Source: Candidatus Omnitrophota bacterium
GTDB taxonomy: Bacteria; Omnitrophota; Gorgyraeia; Duberdicusellales; 4484-171
Assembly: GCA_020352775.1 (NCBI GenBank)
Contig: CP070684.1
Span: forward strand, 370,631-434,630
Length of the DNA stretch: 64,000 nucleotides
Direction: 5' to 3'
Under the pieces are notes generated by a model, which was not told where the DNA came from, made no database searches, and saw only the letters and a list, made by a program, of their open reading frames with translations. Positions 1 through 8,517 of this stretch are shown piece by piece. Made by a program: the position numbers and the translations under genes. Numbering within the stretch: the stretch's first letter is position 1; every line of letters begins with the position of its first letter.

Positions 1-1
1 T

Positions 2-487
2 GCAGAAGCTACTAATAATGAGTTCTTTATTTGGTATTTTAAGGGGCAGGAGTGTATTTTAGAGGGAGATTTCAGAGAAGCGATAAAATATTTTAACCGT
101 GCCCTTAAAATTCGGCCTAAAGACGGCTGCACTTATAATGATAAAGCACTATGTCTGGCAGAATTGGGTAAGCAAGCCCTAGCCCTGGAGTGTTTTAACG
201 AGGGGATAAAAAAAGATAGGGATTGCGCTTCTCTATACCATAATAAAGGGTGGCTCCTGCATTCTTTAGAGAGGTACCAGCAGGCGCTATTGTGCTTTCA
301 AAAGGCCTTAGAACTAGAAGGAAATAGGGCCGAATCCCTTTTTAGCCTAGCTGATACCTATTTTAAATTAGGTAATATTGAAAAAGCCCGTAAATTCTTG
401 GAATTAACCCTTTCTCGCCTTAAGGGAAAGAGCTCTTATGTGCGTAGAGAGACCTTAAAAAGGCTAAGGAAGCTAAAAGATGTATAA
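2..487 (+). CDS. TPR-repeat protein, 5'-truncated by window edge
   Basis: The frame is open from nt 2 with no stop. The track ORF 164..487 is only the tail, and its first codon is TTG. TPR-like helices include GDFREAIKYFNRALKIRPKD, YQQALLCFQKALELEGN and LADTYFKLGNIEKARKFLE. Confidence 0.6.
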   Translation, partial: AEATNNEFFIWYFKGQECILEGDFREAIKYFNRALKIRPKDGCTYNDKALCLAELGKQALALECFNEGIKKDRDCASLYHNKGWLLHSLERYQQALLCFQKALELEGNRAESLFSLADTYFKLGNIEKARKFLELTLSRLKGKSSYVRRETLKRLRKLKDV

Positions 488-488
488 C

Positions 489-632
489 TTATTGCCTATC
501 AAAGCATTAGAGCTAAAACCATACCCTTTTAAATTGCTTAAATTTCTATAGATTTTTTCTTCTTCTCTGGTATAATAACCTCTGTTTTAGCCAGGTAGGG
601 CTAGACCTTACTTGTGTTTTTACGGGCAATAA
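489..632 (+). ncRNA. Candidate structured RNA or long imperfect inverted repeat upstream of the 5-FCL gene (function unproven)
   Basis: Hand pairing of 489-525 with 594-632 gives about 29 bp. It includes a perfect TTATTGCC/GGCAATAA closing helix (489-496 with 625-632). Further blocks pair 499-510 with 611-622, 513-515 with 602-604, and 519-525 with 594-600. The 68-nt apical part contains TGGTATAAT (569-577). Confidence 0.25.
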
Positions 633-642
633 AATAAAAAGC

Positions 643-1224
643 ATGGAAATGGTAATAAAAAAAGAAAAAAGCGAATTAAGGCAAAGACTTCTTGAAAAGC
701 TTCTTTCGCTTACAAAAGAAGAAATAAAAAGGAGGAGCGAAAATGTTAATGAGAAACTATCGCAGTTACCTATATATAAAAGTGCAAAAGCTATTATGGC
801 GTATTACCCTTTAGGGGGTGAAGTAGATATTAAGGAGATGATGAGGAAGGACTGGAGCGCCAAACGATGGTGCTTTCCAGTTATGGAGCTAGAGCAGAAC
901 CATTTGCGTATCTTTGAAGTTAATAATCTTGATGAAGATTTTGTTAAAGGACCGTTTGGAGTCATGCAGCCTGATCCGCAAAAAACAAAGGAAGTAGATG
1001 TTAAAGAGATAGATTTGGTGATTGTCCCTGGTTTAGCCTTTGACCGTCAAAGAAATAGACTGGGGCGAGGAGCCGGTTTCTATGACCGCTTCCTAAAAAA
1101 CATCAGGCCGCCTGCTAAAAAAGCAGGGGTTGCATTTGATTTCCAAGTCCTCCTAAACCTTCCAATTCATCTTCCCTTTGATGAAAAAGTGGATATCGTT
1201 GTCAGCGAACACTTTCTTGTCTAA
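643..1224 (+). CDS. 5-formyltetrahydrofolate cyclo-ligase (MTHFS/YgfA family)
   Basis: 193 aa with the family signature VIVPGLAFDRQRNRLGRGAGFYDRFL near the C-terminus. The start may instead be the ATG at 649. Confidence 0.85.
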   Translation: MEMVIKKEKSELRQRLLEKLLSLTKEEIKRRSENVNEKLSQLPIYKSAKAIMAYYPLGGEVDIKEMMRKDWSAKRWCFPVMELEQNHLRIFEVNNLDEDFVKGPFGVMQPDPQKTKEVDVKEIDLVIVPGLAFDRQRNRLGRGAGFYDRFLKNIRPPAKKAGVAFDFQVLLNLPIHLPFDEKVDIVVSEHFLV

Positions 1225-1250
1225 GTAATCAGATCAAAGGAGGTCACAAA

Positions 1251-2801
1251 ATGATTATTGTCTACATAGTAGGGGGTCTAGTTCTAGGACTAATCATAGG
1301 TTGGTTTTTAGGAGATATTTTTGAGAAGAACAAATTAAGAAAGGCTAAAGGGGATGCAAAGCGCATTGTTGAAGAAGCAAAGCTTAAAGGCGAAGAGATC
1401 GTACGCAAAGCGGATTTAGATGGAAAAGAGCTGCTCTATAAGTTAAGAGTCGATTTTGAAAAGCAGCATTCCGCTAAGCGCGAAGAGATGTCTCAACTTG
1501 AGAAAAGGCTTATGCAGCGGGAGGAGAATCTGGAGAAACGGCTTGATTTTATCGAAAGTAAAGAGCAGGAAATTACAAAGCACGAGGAAGATATAAGAAA
1601 AGTCAGCCGGGAAGTGGAACAAAAAGATGTAAGACTTAGACAGCTAATTGAAGAGGAGAAGAAAAATCTGGAAAGGATTTCTTCTCTTAGCCCCCAGGAG
1701 GCAAAGGAGCTTTTGCTTAAGCGTTATGAAGAAGAGATGCGTTCTGAAAAAGCAAAACTTTTGCACCAGACGATAGAGGAAATAAAAGAGGAGTCAGACC
1801 AGAAGGCTAAAGAAATTCTTTCTCAGGCAATACAGCGGTGTGCAGTAGAGCATACTACCGAGACCACAGTAAGTGTGGTTGAGCTTCCCAGCGATGAGAT
1901 AAAGGGGAGGATCATCGGCAGAGAAGGAAGAAATATCAGAGCTTTTGAGATGGCCACCGGAGTTGATTTAGTAATTGATGACACTCCTGAGGCAGTAAGT
2001 TTATCAAGCTTTGATCCTATACGGAGGGAGATCGCCCGCATTTCTTTAGGGAGATTGATTCAGGATGGAAGGATACACCCTGCGCGCATTGAAGAGATAG
2101 TGGATAAAACCAAACAGGAATTTGACAAGAAACTGATTGAGGAGGGAAAGGAAGCAGCGTTTGAAGTGGGGATTCATAATCTGCATCCGGAATTGATTAA
2201 GCTTTTAGGTAAACTTAAATATCGCACCAGTTTCGGGCAGAATGCCCTGCAGCATTCCAAGGAAGTTGCGATTATTATGGGTATTTTAGCAGAAGAGCTT
2301 GATCTTGATCCCCGTCTTGCAAAGCGTGCAGGTCTTTTGCATGATGTCGGAAAAGCAGTTGACCATCAGGTTGAAGGCACACACGCTCAAATTGGATCTG
2401 AGCTACTGCGTAAATACCGCGAAAATGACACCGTAATCAATGCTGCCGAGGCCCATCACGAAGAGAGTGAGTTTAAATCTCTCTATGCGCTTTTAGCGAT
2501 TATTTCCGATGCTATCTCTGCTTCTCGTCCTGGCGCACGAAGAGAAACGCTTGAGACTTACGTTAAGCGGCTCAGGCAATTAGAGACTTTGGCCAACTCT
2601 TTTGATGGTGTTGAGAAAAGTTATGCTATCCAGGCTGGAAGAGAAGTAAGGGTTATTGTACAGTCTAACAAGGTGAAAGATGAAGAAGTCTCAATGCTTG
2701 CCTATGAGTTGAAGAAAAAAGTAGAGCAGGAATTGACTTATCCGGGCAACATTAAAATAACTGTGATTCGGGAAGTAAGAGCGGTTAATTACGCTAAATA
2801 G
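1251..2801 (+). CDS. rny: Ribonuclease Y
   Basis: N-terminal TM helix (IVYIVGGLVLGLIIGWFLG) followed by a K/E coiled coil. KH motif GRIIGREGRNIRAFE and HD domain LLHDVGKA...HHEE are present. A GGAGG SD lies upstream. Confidence 0.95.
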   Translation: MIIVYIVGGLVLGLIIGWFLGDIFEKNKLRKAKGDAKRIVEEAKLKGEEIVRKADLDGKELLYKLRVDFEKQHSAKREEMSQLEKRLMQREENLEKRLDFIESKEQEITKHEEDIRKVSREVEQKDVRLRQLIEEEKKNLERISSLSPQEAKELLLKRYEEEMRSEKAKLLHQTIEEIKEESDQKAKEILSQAIQRCAVEHTTETTVSVVELPSDEIKGRIIGREGRNIRAFEMATGVDLVIDDTPEAVSLSSFDPIRREIARISLGRLIQDGRIHPARIEEIVDKTKQEFDKKLIEEGKEAAFEVGIHNLHPELIKLLGKLKYRTSFGQNALQHSKEVAIIMGILAEELDLDPRLAKRAGLLHDVGKAVDHQVEGTHAQIGSELLRKYRENDTVINAAEAHHEESEFKSLYALLAIISDAISASRPGARRETLETYVKRLRQLETLANSFDGVEKSYAIQAGREVRVIVQSNKVKDEEVSMLAYELKKKVEQELTYPGNIKITVIREVRAVNYAK

Positions 2802-2854
2802 TTTGATTTTTAGCGGTATTGTAATTTTTGGAGAAAGAGGTAGAATATAAATCC

Positions 2855-3634
2855 ATGCGCATACTTTTTATCGGTGATATCGTAGGTAAGCCCGCCCGAA
2901 ACTTTCTTAAAGAGGCCCTGCCCCAAATCCGTAACCAAGAGCAGATAGATTTTGCTATCGCCAATGGTGAAAATACCGCCGGAGGCTCCAGTATTACCCC
3001 GGATACAGCCAGGGAGGTGTTTGATTGTGGGGTTGATGTCATTACTACTGGTGACCATGTGTTTAAGAAGAAGGAGTCCCGCGAAGTTTTAGCGAATATG
3101 GAGGTGGTGCGGCCTCTTAACTATGGAGAATTTGCTGCCGGAAAAGGATATGTAGTTAAAGAAGTAAAAGGGAGTAATGTTGCAATAATAAATCTTTTAG
3201 GCAGGGTTTTTATGAATCCCTTGGATTGTCCTTTTAAGGCCATACGGGATAACATCGAAGATATCAAGCGTCAGGCAAAAATAATTATCGTTGATATGCA
3301 TGCCGAGGCAACTAGCGAGAAGCTGGCCATGGGATATTTTCTGGCGCAAAAAGTAAGTGCTGTGATCGGTACCCACACCCATATTCCTACTTCCGATGAA
3401 AGGGTTATTGAGGGGTTTACTGCTTACATTACTGATGTAGGAATGAGCGGTAGTTTTGATTCTATATTAGGTAGAGAAAAGCATCAGGTTATTGAGCATT
3501 TTTTAACTAATATGCCGGTACGTTTTAATCTTGCTCAAGGCGATGTGCGCATTCAGGGAGTAGTAATTGAGGTGGAAGAAGAAACTGGCAAGGCTCTCTC
3601 TATAAAAAGAATAGAACAAAAAAAAGAGGTTTGA
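2855..3634 (+). CDS. ymdB: YmdB-like metallophosphoesterase (2',3'-cyclic-nucleotide phosphodiesterase family)
   Basis: MRILFIGDIVG, GENTAGG, DMHAEATSEK and GTHTHIPT are metallophosphoesterase motifs, and the rny-ymdB order is conserved. The track start (TTG 2828) is less likely than ATG 2855, but this is uncertain. Confidence 0.85.
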   Translation: MRILFIGDIVGKPARNFLKEALPQIRNQEQIDFAIANGENTAGGSSITPDTAREVFDCGVDVITTGDHVFKKKESREVLANMEVVRPLNYGEFAAGKGYVVKEVKGSNVAIINLLGRVFMNPLDCPFKAIRDNIEDIKRQAKIIIVDMHAEATSEKLAMGYFLAQKVSAVIGTHTHIPTSDERVIEGFTAYITDVGMSGSFDSILGREKHQVIEHFLTNMPVRFNLAQGDVRIQGVVIEVEEETGKALSIKRIEQKKEV

Positions 3635-3635
3635 T

Positions 3636-3992
3636 ATGGAATGGGCAGGCCCAGAAAGAAGAAGATTTGTTAGGGCAAATTTTCCCTGTAAGATTACACT
3701 TTCTATACCCGAAAAACACGTCATAATTTCTCATACCGAAAATATTGGCGCTGGCGGAGTAAGGGTATTAATTCCCGAAAGATTAGAAGTCTCCACATTG
3801 GTGGATCTTGCGATTTATATCGCAGAGGAGCCCACCATCTGTAAGGGCAGGGTAGTTTGGATGGTAGAAAGAAAAACTCTCTTTTCAGAAGAACCTCATC
3901 TTTACGATATTGGAATAGAATTTTACGAAATTGATGAGGAAAGCCAGCGTTTTATCCAGTCTTTTGTAGAGACAAGCGTACCCCAGGAATAA
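3636..3992 (+). CDS. Stand-alone PilZ-domain protein (putative c-di-GMP receptor)
   Basis: RRRFVRANF matches the RxxxR motif and NIGAGGVRV matches the D/NxSxxG-like motif. 118 aa, starting 1 nt after the ymdB stop. Confidence 0.7.
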   Translation: MEWAGPERRRFVRANFPCKITLSIPEKHVIISHTENIGAGGVRVLIPERLEVSTLVDLAIYIAEEPTICKGRVVWMVERKTLFSEEPHLYDIGIEFYEIDEESQRFIQSFVETSVPQE

Positions 3993-5872
3993 TGATTTTA
4001 GAAAGAATTAATTTCCCGCAGGATTTAAAAGAGCTTAAGCTTGAGGAGCTTAAAAGCCTTAGTGGTGAGCTTCGAGATTTAATTATAAAAGTGGTCTCAG
4101 GTAAAGGAGGGCATCTGGCTTCTTCTTTGGGGGCGGTGGAGTTGTGTGTTGGTCTTCATTATTGTCTTGATGCGCCAGCTGACACTCTCGTTTTCGATGT
4201 GGGGCATCAGGCCTATGCTCATAAAGTTCTTACTGGCCGCCGAAATGCTTTTAGTACCTTAAGAGAGAGTAAAGGATTAAGCGGTTTTCCTCATGCTAAA
4301 GAATCTGTTTATGATTCTTATATCAGCGGTCACGCTTCCACCGCGGTTTCCTGGGCTCAAGGAATTGCAGAAGCAAAGAAGTTTAAAAAAAATAAAACAA
4401 AAACTGTGGCTATAATTGGCGATGGGTCATTAACCGGTGGAATGTGTTTTGAGGCCTTAAATAGTTGTGGCCATTCTCATAGCGAAGTTTTGGTAGTGCT
4501 GAATCACAATGAGATGAGCATTTCTCAATCTGTAGGAGCAGTAAGCCGTTATCTTACTAAAATAATTTCTGCTCCGGTATATAATCGCATTAGAAGTGAG
4601 ATTGAGAGCTTTCTAAGAAACCTTCCTTTGGGAAAAAGAATAGTTCCTCACGCCAGAAAATTAGAAGAAACGCTCAAAGGTTTGGTGACGCCAGGGTTAT
4701 TTTTTGAAGAATTAGGTTTTCGTTATTTCGGTCCCATTGATGGGCACAATTTGGATGTATTAATTCCTACCCTTAAAAATGTTATTGCGCTTAAGGGTCC
4801 CAGAATCTTACATGTATTGACTAAAAAAGGAAAGGGCTATAAATATTCGGAAGAAAACCCCGAAGATTATCATAGTGCACCTTCTTTTTGCATTGAAGAT
4901 GGAGAGCCTACAGCAAAAAAGAAAGACGGTTTTGGAGAAGTATTGGCAAAGAAACTCATTTCTCTGGCGAGAAAAGATGAACGGATTGTTGCTATTACGG
5001 CAGCAATGCCAAAAGGAACCGGCCTTTCTTTATTTGCTGAAAAGTTCCCCAAACGCTTATATGACGTAGGCATTGCTGAAGAACACGCCGTAGGGTTTGC
5101 TAGTGGATTGGCAAGAGAAGGGCTTAAGCCGGTAGTAGCAATATACTCTACCTTTATGCAGCGTTCCTTTGATCAAATCGTGCATGATGTGGCACTGCAG
5201 AATTTAGGAGTTATTTTCGCTTTGGATCGTGCCGGAGCAGTGGGAGAGGATGGTCCTACCCATCATGGAGTATTTGATATCGGTTATATGCGCCTTATCC
5301 CTAATTTAGTTTGTATGGCCCCTAAAGATGCGCAAGAGCTCCGAGATAGCTTAGAGTTTGCGGTTAATTTAAATTCACCGGTAAGTATTCGTTATCCAAA
5401 GGGTGGGGCTTATTCGCTGGGTGAGAGCCAGAAAATAGAACTAGGCAAATCTCAGATAATGGCTGAAGGTAAAGATGTTTGTATTATTGCTTTAGGTTCG
5501 ATGGTAAAGACAGGCCTGGAATGTGCTAAAATCTTAGCTGCGCAAGGTATCAGCGCTTGTCTGGTGAATGCTCGTTTCATAAAACCACTAGATGAAGATT
5601 TATTAAGAAGTCTGGCTTCTTCTAGATTCGGGTTAATAATTACCTTAGAGGAAGCAAACCTAGATTGTGGTTTTGGAAGCGCGATATTAGAGTTTTATGA
5701 AAAAAGCAATATTGCCCAGAATATAAAATTAGTGCGCGCAGGCTTTCCTGATGAATTTATTCCTCATGCTTCAAGAGAAGAGCTATTTAAGGCTTACGGC
5801 CTTGATGCAAATTCGCTTGCCGAGAGAATAAAGAAGATGATAAAAGAGGAAGTCAGCACCCTAAAATGGTAA
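3992..5872 (+). CDS. dxs: 1-deoxy-D-xylulose-5-phosphate synthase
   Basis: 626 aa. Motifs: GGHLASSLG, GHQAYAHKVLTGR, TPP-binding IIGDGSLTGGM, and GEDGPTHHG. The ATG overlaps the PilZ stop by 1 nt. Confidence 0.95.
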   Translation: MILERINFPQDLKELKLEELKSLSGELRDLIIKVVSGKGGHLASSLGAVELCVGLHYCLDAPADTLVFDVGHQAYAHKVLTGRRNAFSTLRESKGLSGFPHAKESVYDSYISGHASTAVSWAQGIAEAKKFKKNKTKTVAIIGDGSLTGGMCFEALNSCGHSHSEVLVVLNHNEMSISQSVGAVSRYLTKIISAPVYNRIRSEIESFLRNLPLGKRIVPHARKLEETLKGLVTPGLFFEELGFRYFGPIDGHNLDVLIPTLKNVIALKGPRILHVLTKKGKGYKYSEENPEDYHSAPSFCIEDGEPTAKKKDGFGEVLAKKLISLARKDERIVAITAAMPKGTGLSLFAEKFPKRLYDVGIAEEHAVGFASGLAREGLKPVVAIYSTFMQRSFDQIVHDVALQNLGVIFALDRAGAVGEDGPTHHGVFDIGYMRLIPNLVCMAPKDAQELRDSLEFAVNLNSPVSIRYPKGGAYSLGESQKIELGKSQIMAEGKDVCIIALGSMVKTGLECAKILAAQGISACLVNARFIKPLDEDLLRSLASSRFGLIITLEEANLDCGFGSAILEFYEKSNIAQNIKLVRAGFPDEFIPHASREELFKAYGLDANSLAERIKKMIKEEVSTLKW

Positions 5873-7155
5873 GAGTAAGATTCGCTCCTTCCCCCACAGG
5901 ATTCCTTCACATTGGCGGGGCACGAACTTGTCTTTTTAACTGGCTTTATGCCCGCCACCACAAGGGTCAATTTATCCTGCGTATCGAAGATACCGACCTT
6001 GAGCGTTCCAAAAAAGAATATCTGGATGAGATTTTAGAAAGCATAAAATGGCTGGGAATGGATTGGGATGAGATTTTTTACCAATCCCAGCGTTTTGACC
6101 TTTACCGCGAATACGCTAAAAAACTGATTGATAAAGGAAAGGCAGAGCAAAAAGAAGGAGCGGTATTTTTTAAATATGAATTCCAAAAAGTAGAAATAGA
6201 TGATTTGATTCGAGGTAAGATTGTATTTACCGAACTCCCCAAAAGCGAAGAGGTAATAATCAAAAGCGATGGCAGCCCTACTTATAATTTCTGCTGTATA
6301 GTCGATGATGCCCTTATGAATATCAATTATGTAATAAGGGGAGAAGACCATATCTCTAATACTCCCAAACAAATTCTGATGTATAAAGCATTAGGGTTTG
6401 ACACTCCTCAATTCGCTCATGTTCCTTTGATTCTTTCACCGCAGGGAGGAAGGATGTCAAAACGCTTTGGGGCAACTTCCATAGGGGAGTATCAAGAACA
6501 GGGTTATCTGTCAAAAGCAATGGTTAATTATCTTTTGCTTCTGGGTTGGTCCGCGGGCAAAAACAGAGAAATTATTACTTTAGAAGAAGCGAAAGAGCTA
6601 TTTGAAATTAATGATGTAAATAAAACTGGTGCTGCTTTCTCACAAGATAAGTTAAACTGGGTAAATTCCGAATATTTAAAGAGCCAAAGCACCAAAGATC
6701 TTACGATTACGATAGAAGATTTTCTAATGAAAAAGAATCTTTTACCTTCTTCTGTCAGCAAAGATTATCTTGAGAAAGTTGTGGAGCTTTTCAAAGAACG
6801 CATCAATACCCTTAATGATTTCCATATTCAAGCCCATGCATTTTTACACGATGATTATGAATACAGCGAAGATACAAAACCTATTTTAGAAAAAAATATT
6901 TCAGAGCAAATCCAGGAATTAATTAATAGATTATCAACCATTACTACTTTCGATAAAGAAACAATTGAGAAAGAATTTCGTGCTACTGCACAAAGCTTAG
7001 GTCTTAAGGCAAAAGATCTAGTGCACCCAGCCCGGGTAGCACTTAGTGGAAAACGTGTAGGCCCAGGACTCTTTGAGACCATGGAAGTGCTGGGCAAAGA
7101 ACGTGTGTTAAAGAGATTAGAAAGGTTAGTTGATTATTGGAGAAGAACCTCATAA
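5866..7155 (+). CDS. gltX: Glutamyl-tRNA synthetase (short form, 429 aa)
   Basis: RFAPSPTGFLHIGGART gives the HIGH-type motif and GRMSKRFG the KMSKS-type motif. It overlaps the dxs end by 7 nt. Confidence 0.9.
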   Translation: MVRVRFAPSPTGFLHIGGARTCLFNWLYARHHKGQFILRIEDTDLERSKKEYLDEILESIKWLGMDWDEIFYQSQRFDLYREYAKKLIDKGKAEQKEGAVFFKYEFQKVEIDDLIRGKIVFTELPKSEEVIIKSDGSPTYNFCCIVDDALMNINYVIRGEDHISNTPKQILMYKALGFDTPQFAHVPLILSPQGGRMSKRFGATSIGEYQEQGYLSKAMVNYLLLLGWSAGKNREIITLEEAKELFEINDVNKTGAAFSQDKLNWVNSEYLKSQSTKDLTITIEDFLMKKNLLPSSVSKDYLEKVVELFKERINTLNDFHIQAHAFLHDDYEYSEDTKPILEKNISEQIQELINRLSTITTFDKETIEKEFRATAQSLGLKAKDLVHPARVALSGKRVGPGLFETMEVLGKERVLKRLERLVDYWRRTS

Positions 7156-7167
7156 AGGAGGGGAGAG

Positions 7168-7869
7168 TTGAAAGTCTGTGTAGTGGGAATTGATGATTTT
7201 TCTTTCGGAAAGCACCGCTACGAAGACCCCCGCGTAGAAAAAATCTCCCAAAAGTTTCACCCCGAACACATCGCTCACACCTTTATTGATTTCATTACTT
7301 TCCAAGAAAAAGATTTAGCTGATTGTTTTGTGGCCACGATTGAGAAAAGATTGGATTTGATCATTGAAGACATAAGCCTTTCGGAATCACGCATCTTAAA
7401 ATCTGACATCCAGGAGGAAAAAGATTTATTCGCAAAGTGTAAGAACTTCCTGGAACAAGAAACCACCCTGGATCAGGTAGAATTCTCGGATAGAGAGAAG
7501 CAGCTATTAAGTAATTTTCATTTACTCACTTTAAAGCCTATTTACTGGACAGAAAAAGATAAAGTTCCCTCCCTAGAAGATTTGATGCAAGAATGCCTTT
7601 TTATGACCAACACTATTTTTTTCTTCACCGTAAACCAAAAGCAACTCACTCCCTGGATGATAAGAAAAGGAACAACAGTGGTTAAGGCTGCCGCCAAAAT
7701 CCATTCTGATATGGAGAGGGGGTTTATAAGAGCTGAGGTATTTAACTGTAAAGACCTGGACCAATTTCATAACCTAAACGAAGCCAAAACAAGAGGGTTT
7801 GTGAGGGTTGAAAATAAGGATTATGTCGTAGAGGACGGGGATATAATCCATATCCGCTTTAGCGTCTAA
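7168..7869 (+). CDS. YchF-derived protein: coiled-coil plus TGS/DUF933 C-terminus, nucleotide-binding loops degenerate
   Basis: TTG start after AAAGGAGGGG. The C-terminus AAAKIHSDMERGFIRAEV...NKDYVVEDGDIIHIRFSV and LLTLKPIYW align by eye to YchF. The N-terminus VVGIDDFSFGKH replaces the GxxxxGKS/T P-loop. Confidence 0.6.
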   Translation: MKVCVVGIDDFSFGKHRYEDPRVEKISQKFHPEHIAHTFIDFITFQEKDLADCFVATIEKRLDLIIEDISLSESRILKSDIQEEKDLFAKCKNFLEQETTLDQVEFSDREKQLLSNFHLLTLKPIYWTEKDKVPSLEDLMQECLFMTNTIFFFTVNQKQLTPWMIRKGTTVVKAAAKIHSDMERGFIRAEVFNCKDLDQFHNLNEAKTRGFVRVENKDYVVEDGDIIHIRFSV

Positions 7870-7978
7870 AACCCCTTATTTTACTGGCCATTCCTGTTGT
7901 GACAAGGACCTACCCGGGTAATTTAAACACTCCTTTGGGCCTTATTAGACTTTATTAAAACAATAAGGTTATAATTCT

Positions 7979-8007
7979 TTGACAAAAAAACATATTTGCG
8001 ATAAACT
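7979..8007 (+). promoter_or_regulatory. Sigma70-like promoter for the HTH/fibre/giant block
   Basis: TTGACA (7979-7984), 17-nt spacer, TAAACT (8002-8007). A TATAAT also occurs at 8007-8012, but its spacing is poor. Confidence 0.4.
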
Positions 8008-8016
8008 ATAATACTA

Positions 8017-8036
8017 CATAACCTAACATAACCTAA
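8017..8036 (+). repeat. Tandem direct repeat CATAACCTAA x2 in the 5' leader
   Basis: 8017-8026 and 8027-8036 are identical 10-mers, followed by a degenerate third unit CAAACCCTCA. They lie between the promoter and the first HTH gene. Confidence 0.7.
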
Positions 8037-8051
8037 CAAACCCTCACAAGC

Positions 8052-8258
8052 ATGTCAAACAAAAAAGAGGTCAAAATCAATGGAAAAAAATTTTGCAAAG
8101 TATCTGAACTCTGTCAAATCTTAGGAATTTTCAAGAATACCCTTTATAACTGGGAGAAGAAAAGAAAAATACCCAAAGCTAAGAGGGACCCTATGAGTGG
8201 ATGGAGATTGTATTCGCAAGAAGATGTTGCCAGGATAAGGAAAATATCGGGAAGGTAA
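8052..8258 (+). CDS. MerR/excisionase-family HTH mini-protein (68 aa), paralog 1
   Basis: VSELCQILGIFKNTLYNWEKKRKIPKAKRDPMSGWRLYSQEDVARI matches the MerR N-terminal winged-HTH pattern (xxEvaxxLGvsxxTLyxWExxgxixxxRxxxGxRxYxxeDv). No effector domain is present. Confidence 0.65.
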   Translation: MSNKKEVKINGKKFCKVSELCQILGIFKNTLYNWEKKRKIPKAKRDPMSGWRLYSQEDVARIRKISGR

Positions 8259-8294
8259 AATATATAGATTAATAACTTTATAAGGAGGTAGGAG

Positions 8295-8486
8295 ATGATA
8301 GTAAAAGAAAGAAAAATCTACACCGTATCTGAAGTCTGCAATATTCTAGGGATTTTTAAAAATACTCTCTACAATTGGGAGAAGAAAAGAAAAATACCCA
8401 AAGCTAAGAGGGACCCCATGAGTGGATGGAGGATTTATACGAAAGAAGACGTAAGAAGACTACAAGAGATTTCAGGGAGGAAGTAA
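8295..8486 (+). CDS. MerR/excisionase-family HTH mini-protein (63 aa), paralog 2
   Basis: Same fold pattern as paralog 1. An AAGGAGG SD lies upstream. It shares a 55-nt, 54/55-identical core with paralog 1. Confidence 0.65.
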   Translation: MIVKERKIYTVSEVCNILGIFKNTLYNWEKKRKIPKAKRDPMSGWRIYTKEDVRRLQEISGRK

Positions 8487-8517
8487 AGCTATGAATCTTT
8501 ATTTAGAATTTTTTTGT

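Noticed and set aside
489-632. Invertible promoter switch (inverton): imperfect inverted repeats flanking a segment that contains a -10-like element
   Set aside because: No site-specific invertase is nearby, the downstream gene is housekeeping, and the repeats are long but imperfect. An RNA-structure explanation is kept as the finding instead.
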